NCBI GenBank assembly: GCA_012295275.1
Contig: CM022673.1
Coordinates: 27,032,001-27,096,000 of the forward strand
Length of the DNA stretch: 64,000 nucleotides
Direction of reading: 5' to 3'
Origin: Chrysomallon squamiferum
Taxonomy: Eukaryota; Animalia; Mollusca
Shown: positions 57,199 to 64,000 of the stretch, one piece after another
Position numbering within the stretch: the first letter of the stretch is position 1
Layout: each line of letters begins with the position of its first letter
Made by a program: the position numbers and the translations under genes
Notes under the pieces: generated by a model
Seen by the model: the letters and a program-made list of their open reading frames with translations, nothing else
Told to the model about the DNA's origin: nothing
Database searches by the model: none

Positions 57199-59968
57199 GT
57201 TTTAAGTATCAACTTGAATTAATTCCATTAATTTCAATAAAATAGAAGTATGTATTAAAATCTGACCCATTGCAGTAAAATTAATAATATGTTTTTATTA
57301 CTGACGATTGGTTCATAATCGCATACTAAATGATTGTCATAAGATAATCATGTGGCTTTTTCAGGGCAACAGATTGCATATTATTACTGGGTACATTAGG
57401 CTGTGCCTAAGCCTGGTAAGATCTTGATTAATGTTGTGATGTGATTAGACCAGTCTCCATACGCCATGTTATATTTATCATTATACCTTAATATTTGGAG
57501 TGTTAAAGTTCAATCAGAGTGTATTATCAATAAAAATAATAATTTAACAGTGTCGAGTTTTATCTCTGTCATTGTTAGTGGATGTACTTGCACCTTTGAA
57601 CTGTTACACTCTTACAGATAGGTTTCTAGTTTGTGCATGTTCGTTTGCTGCAATCACCTGAGTATTTTTTTTTTTTTTTTTTTTTGTATGCACGTTTACA
57701 TACTGAAAAATGCTTGCATGTTTATTTTCTTTATAACGTTATTTTTCAGAAAACAAAACATGTTTAATTGGACGCAATATTGGTGATCAAACTTACTTCA
57801 TTAACAGGCAACATGGTCTCTCTCTCTTTTTTTCTTTTTTTTTTTCTTCTTCTTATTATTACTTAAAGTATAATTAACTAAATATGTCAATTAACTGAAA
57901 TTTCTAGACAAACGTTTTCAATGTACCGATTAGGTGAAGACACCTAGCTGAATAAATCTCGGTGACCTTGCTTTCGTGATTCTGCATAAAGAGTTAAGAT
58001 AATGGCGAGTGTAATTATCTAGCATGACAAACGACTCGGAATCTGGACATTAAAACGAAATCATCTGTTTGTACGTGTTTGTATCCCACACCCTTTTAAA
58101 TACACTCGGATGTATGATAAAATGAATTTGATGTTATAGTAACTTGGCATGGTGCGTACCCGCCAGTTCATTTTAAATATTTGAGTTAAAAGTTGAGCCG
58201 ACTTCTCAGAATGTCATGAAACTAGGTTATCATGGCCACAAACTGTCGCGAGATAAGGATTTTAAAATATTTATATAAGAAATTATATAATACACTACAT
58301 TTGAACAGTGTTTATAACTGCCCTTTAGTTCCTGATAGCTTTGTATGTTTTAATCACTGATCAAACCTGAAATTCGATAACCTTTTAATGCGATTAAATT
58401 GGAACATTGCACTATTCTGATTTGTTTAAACACTAATATTATATCTGTTAATAAATAAATAAATAAATAACAATAATAATAACAATAAAATAAATAATAA
58501 CTAAAAAATATAAATGTAAAAATAAAACATTTATAATTAATATGACTCGTTAGATCAGTTTTGCCTTTCTATCTTTATTCTTTCTTTCCTTTTTCTAAAC
58601 AAAACCAGAAACGATTGTGTCCTCGATCATGCATGGTTCATATAAAATGCAGGGACATGTGCTCGTGTCCCATAAAGAGGGCAGGGACTCGAGATGCCCT
58701 TTATTTCAGAATGTTCACATTCTTCGTCGATGGACTTCGTTCGTTTTGGTATATTCAGTTTGACGACTCAGGATCGTACGAAGTTACACGAGGTGAAAAT
58801 ACAGAAGAGGTCGACGTTGAGTACAGGAATATTTAAAATGCCCACGTCTCGCAGTCGGCTGTTTGATAACACAGAATGAGAAGTGATATCCAGTTGCCTT
58901 GGACACTGGCTTTAAACAAACGTTGGATTATCGACTTCAGCCATATGGTGAAACTCCCGTACTTACTTCAAGTCTCTTATCTACTTTCAGGGGTCATTGC
59001 TGAATCGAGCAGATCTAATAGTAGAGCTTTGACATGAGCTTTTTATATTATGTCACCGATATAAAATATAAAACAAAACAACGACATCAACAAATTGACC
59101 TACAGATAGTTTATATCTCGCGGATAAATTATTTTAGAAATGTTACCGTTTTTTAAAATATAACTTCAGTGGTTTTGACAAGTAACCATATATATTATAT
59201 TTAGAAAAGAATTTTATATATTTAAACTTTGAAACTTGATATAATAGTCTTTTCTAAGAGTAACAGAAGTCAATAATAATTTCACCATAATTTCCTTTCT
59301 CCCCCCCCTCCTACTAGTGGCATTTGTATTAGATGTAAATAAATATAATTAAGTATTTTAAAAATAATAAACATAATGATAAAAAAAAAAAAACCTAATA
59401 AAAAATAATGAATATTATTATTATTTTTAAATCAAGCTGTTATATATTATTCAAGACATTACATCAGTATGGAACAAATCACACCAGGCTTTTATTTCAT
59501 AACACTTTTTAAATCTATTTGGACAACTCGTTAAAGATATTGGAACAAAGAAAATAAACTTTTACATAACTGACAGCGAATTTTGAAATCTTTAGTTACT
59601 TGATAATGAAAATAACTAAAAAATATATATATAAAATAAATAAGTAAATAAATGGTTTACAGAATTTCTGATGAAAATAAATATATGTAGAATAGTTTTG
59701 ATTTTGTCTTGGCAGTTTTTAGAAGCAGCAACGTTAATCTACTTCTCTTTCTCTTTTCTTAAAAAAAAGATAAAAAATCTCAGGTGATGAAGTTGGTAAA
59801 GAATTTTACTTATTTCCTAATGCATACAAAACTGACCAATACTATAATAAATTGAAGTGGTAAAATGTTATTTTACGGCAAAAAAATTTTTTTGTACATA
59901 ACGTAAATTATTTAGGTCATATATTTGAAAAAAAAAAATTAAAGGTACACGTTAAGGTACCTTCTGTT

Positions 59969-59978
59969 GTCACGTGAC
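59969..59978. promoter_or_regulatory. Extended E-box palindrome GTCACGTGAC (USF/MiT-TFE CLEAR-type)
   Basis: Perfect 10-bp palindrome with an inverted CCAAT (ATTGG) about 30 bp downstream. Confidence 0.35.
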
Positions 59979-61536
59979 CCGGTTGACAAGTATTGCTTTG
60001 TCACTCTATATTGGATTTATAACTTTGGCAATACCTGAGTAAATATTTACCGATCAGTTTGTGGAGTATATTACAAGCTGGCTGTTTACCATAACCACTA
60101 TAATTTACAAACCAAACGTTTTATTGGGGTCAACCACACATTAATTAGCCAAGACGTATTTAACGGAATCGGTGCTGTATCTCGTGTTATATTTTCAGTT
60201 AAATGTAGACGAATCGGGGTTCTGTTAATACTCTTTCATTGTTCTGCTTGATGAAAAAGAAATTTCAAAAGTACGTCCAAGAAAATGTTTCGTGCGTTTA
60301 AAAAAAAATGAGATGTGATTAAAATCAGAACTATAAAAGCAAGTTTTATAACAGTATTTTAAAAATATTGTCGATTTTAGTGCTAATATGATTTTTTAAA
60401 GGTATTTTTTGATTGATTGAAAATTATTTTAAATTACTTTTAACTTAAGTATTATGAATTTATTTATTTATATTTTACGTCTTGTATATCAAGAACTTCA
60501 ACATTATGTTATGACTCTTTATTATACCTATGCTGTTTATTTAATTCGTTGGTGTATCATATATTTAGAACCATATACAATTAAACTAGTATGACGCAAT
60601 TGCGATATTATTCGAGCTATTTTTTTTTTTTTTTTTTTTTAAGAAAAGTATATTCATCATTTTGTTGATTTTGAAAATTTTATAATTTTTATCAAAGTTT
60701 CATTCTTTTCTAATTAATTTTTGATTTAATCATTTCTTGAGAATACGTACAAGCACTGTTACCTGGAGGTCAGCTAGATAATTCGATGGATATTTTAAGC
60801 ATTTTGTCCTGAATTTGTCATCATGTTAAACAAACCGGAAAAGTTCTCAAATATCTAAGCAAAGACTATTTATTAACAAGTTAAAGGGTTCACTTTATCG
60901 TGTATGAGCTGCACCCATTTACTCTTTTAGATGTACGAGAAAATGCATCACTAGCACTGAGTATTGTTGTCAGCGGCTGTTACTTTATTTAAAGCAATCA
61001 CAAATCCTGTATGACGTGTCCTCTGTTTTTTCTTGACCCCTGTTTATCTATTTTTCTGACTGTCCACATAATTATTCATATATTTATCTATCTATTAATG
61101 TCTAAATATATTGATATAAAGATGTGTGTGTGTGTGTGTGTGTGGGTGATGAAAATCATTTCATTTTTAAAATTAAATGTACAAAATTATAGCGACACTT
61201 TTTAAATTCAGCGACACATACGCCCCTGTTAACAATGGGAAATTAAATCAAGCTGCTTTCATTGAAACACCTCTTAGTGGTATCGTTAACAGTATTGCCG
61301 TCAGAATATATATAAAAAAAAAAAAAAAACTGTATTTATAGTAGCACTTCAGTACAGTGTGACACGGAAGGATATATACTGCTTCGTCTATAAAAATCAT
61401 TTAGTGATAAGGTTATCGAACAGGGCGTATTTGAAGAGTATTATGAAGGAGGAAGTCTGGATTGGCTAGCGAAGTTTCTAGGTGTTTTCCAGTTATCCAT
61501 CTTCGAATAAATTATTGAGTGAACGAATGAATGAAA

Positions 61537-61576
<40 letters not shown>

Positions 61577-62954
61577 GAAAAGATAAAAGAAGAAAAAATA
61601 ATTCAGAGCTGATTTCCCCATCCAGGTATGCGAATAGTTTCAGTTTTTTAGGTTGCTTTGACCTTCACTTTCACAACGGTTTCCATATTTCCACAAAGCA
61701 TCTTGTTGCTTGCTTGCAACGTTATATTATACGTTTGTATCCAAACAGTCACAACAGATACATAATTAAACGTTTCAGTTTTATTCAGCATACGTCGTAC
61801 AAGACATTTTGTTCTCAGTTCTCTCAAGGACAAGGGGCGCTGTGCTTAAGTTGGTCAGTTTTTGAAATAAATCTCTGCTAGTGGTCCCAGTGTTGATTTA
61901 AGTTTTCAAAATATGTTTGAGGCATTTTTTTGTTATCTGTCATAGACAGGCAAATTACAAACGATTCTCTGGTCCAGATATTTTATAATTTCCTACCACG
62001 ATCAAATTTCGCACGTTGTTCAATCTGCAGTCAAAAACTGTGATATTACACATGTTAATTGTCAGAATAATACTATGAACGTGAACAACTACAAAGCACA
62101 TAAGAGATATGGATTACTCATTACTTATGGAAATTTTTATTTCGTAAAAAGGCGTGTTTGTTGGTTTTAATCTCAGAAAAAGAATTACTCATATACCAGG
62201 TTATAAAATAATCATGTTTGACCTTTTCGCAAATCTTTGACCTGAACACGTAACAAGTACAAGCTTGAACCCATGTAAACTGATTATATACATTTAAAAA
62301 ATAAAAAATTAAAAAATTGATAAGCAGATATACCTGCATTTAAAATAAATAAATAAATAAATAATAATAGCAAAACCATAAAAAAATATATATATATTTT
62401 TTAAAAAGGACTAAAAGATGAGTTGACGTGAACAATTTTTCACGTGTGAAATTCGTCAAACACCATGGCCCATTATTTCACGATCGTTTCTGACATCGAG
62501 ACTTGTTTTGCAAAATCTTATAACAACGCATTTCGATAAATACCGATAAAAGATTTATTGAAATATTAAAATAGAACTCAAAAAATGCAGACGAGGTATG
62601 TGGCAATGCTGTAAAAGGAAACTGCAAAAGGCGACTGTCCACTTTATGACAAACATACTTTGGAACTGCAAATACAGCGTGACTACGTTGCCCGGTAATG
62701 CAGACAGCACAAAACAATCGAGATAACAAAGCTGGTCAGAGATTGTGTGTTTAGTGTTGTTGTACTTATCAGTAAGTCAAATCGTCCTTCCAAACTGAAA
62801 AAAAAAAATAAAAAATAAAATAAAATAAAGAAAAAAGAGAAGAAAAAGACAGAGCACACCAACAATTTCACCAATTCAAAATGAAAGATAAATTAAATAA
62901 TAATAACAACTTATTTGAAACGAATGAAAGAAAAATAATAAAATAAAAACAACT

Positions 62955-62990
<36 letters not shown>

Positions 62991-64000
62991 GTTTTGCATT
63001 ATGATATCAAAGATGAAACCAAGGGATATTTTAAACGTACATTTTCATAATTGCAAAAGAAAGCATATGTCATGGCTTTTGACTGACCAGTTATGGAGCA
63101 TCGTCATGAAATGAAAATAGTTCAAAATAGTTTAAAATAATACATTCTTATTATTACCAAATATAAATAAATAAATAAATAAATAAATAACGAAGAAAAA
63201 CAAACATAACATAGACATAAATAAAATAAAAAAATATATATATATATAAAATAAAAATATTTAAAAAAAATAAAATAAAATAAAATAAGAAGAAGAAGAA
63301 AGAGAAGAAGAATGAATAGCACTGTTTCCTGAAGAACATTATTATTATTTATTTATTTATTTATTTTGGTTTGTATGTATCACCACTATGTTCTTGGAAC
63401 TGCTGAATAATTGACGATTCATTCATTCTGTGTGTTTTTCAATGGACTGGAATTAAGCCCTACACAAGGTTTATCTTGGTGCTACTTTGGTATATCATCT
63501 ACGCGCTTATTTTAATTGTTATGGGGTTCATTCTTGGTTTTATATTATTATTTTTCACGGCATAAATGAAAAAAAAATTCCATTTATTTATAGGAACAAG
63601 GGCTAAATTAGAATAATTTTATCGATGAATTGAGCAAAACAGAAAAACAAGAAAAACATCTTCAGCATTCTTCCTCATCTGCAGCCAACACAAATAATCA
63701 GGGTGTGATTTGAATTTTCAAAATACGAATTTTCGTACCGCTTGAGTACTGGAAATTTAGACAATTTAAATGGGTAGTATGCTGTCTATTCGTCGGATTG
63801 AAAAAAAAAAAAAAAAAAAAAAATTCGTATATCTAATCAGCAGTAAAGTTTGCCTGGACATGATGTTGTTACATAATGTATCATGCATTAATCTTTAAGG
63901 ATCTTCCTCTTATGTTACGGAAATTTCCTAATTTTTTTTTTTTTTTTTTTTTTTTCGCCCTTTATATATATATATATAAAAAAAAAGTTGCAGACATCAC

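Overview
Eukaryotic, very AT-rich genomic DNA, dense in microsatellites. Repeat content and gene style suggest a mollusc, probably a coleoid cephalopod (inference). Two spliced genes are well supported and lie head-to-head about 4.3 kb apart. (1) A 4-exon minus-strand CD225/dispanin (PRRT1/SynDIG4-like) proline-rich membrane protein of 169 aa, CDS 38862->35854. (2) A plus-strand A1CF/RBM47-family RNA-binding protein with 3 RRMs, an RG-rich segment and an A1CF-type dsRBD. It has 10 core coding exons (43140->53504, 580 aa) plus candidate microexons and a candidate poison exon. A 14-bp-TIR hAT-like MITE and a ~165-bp tandem duplication lie between the two genes. The left ~29.6 kb has no recognisable protein family. 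It retains CpG, carries five perfect CRE palindromes, tRNA-derived SINE remnants and a tentative two-exon orphan gene (11699->1640, minus strand). Most ORFs in the supplied track are microsatellite artefacts. No CRISPR, rRNA or intact tRNA was found.
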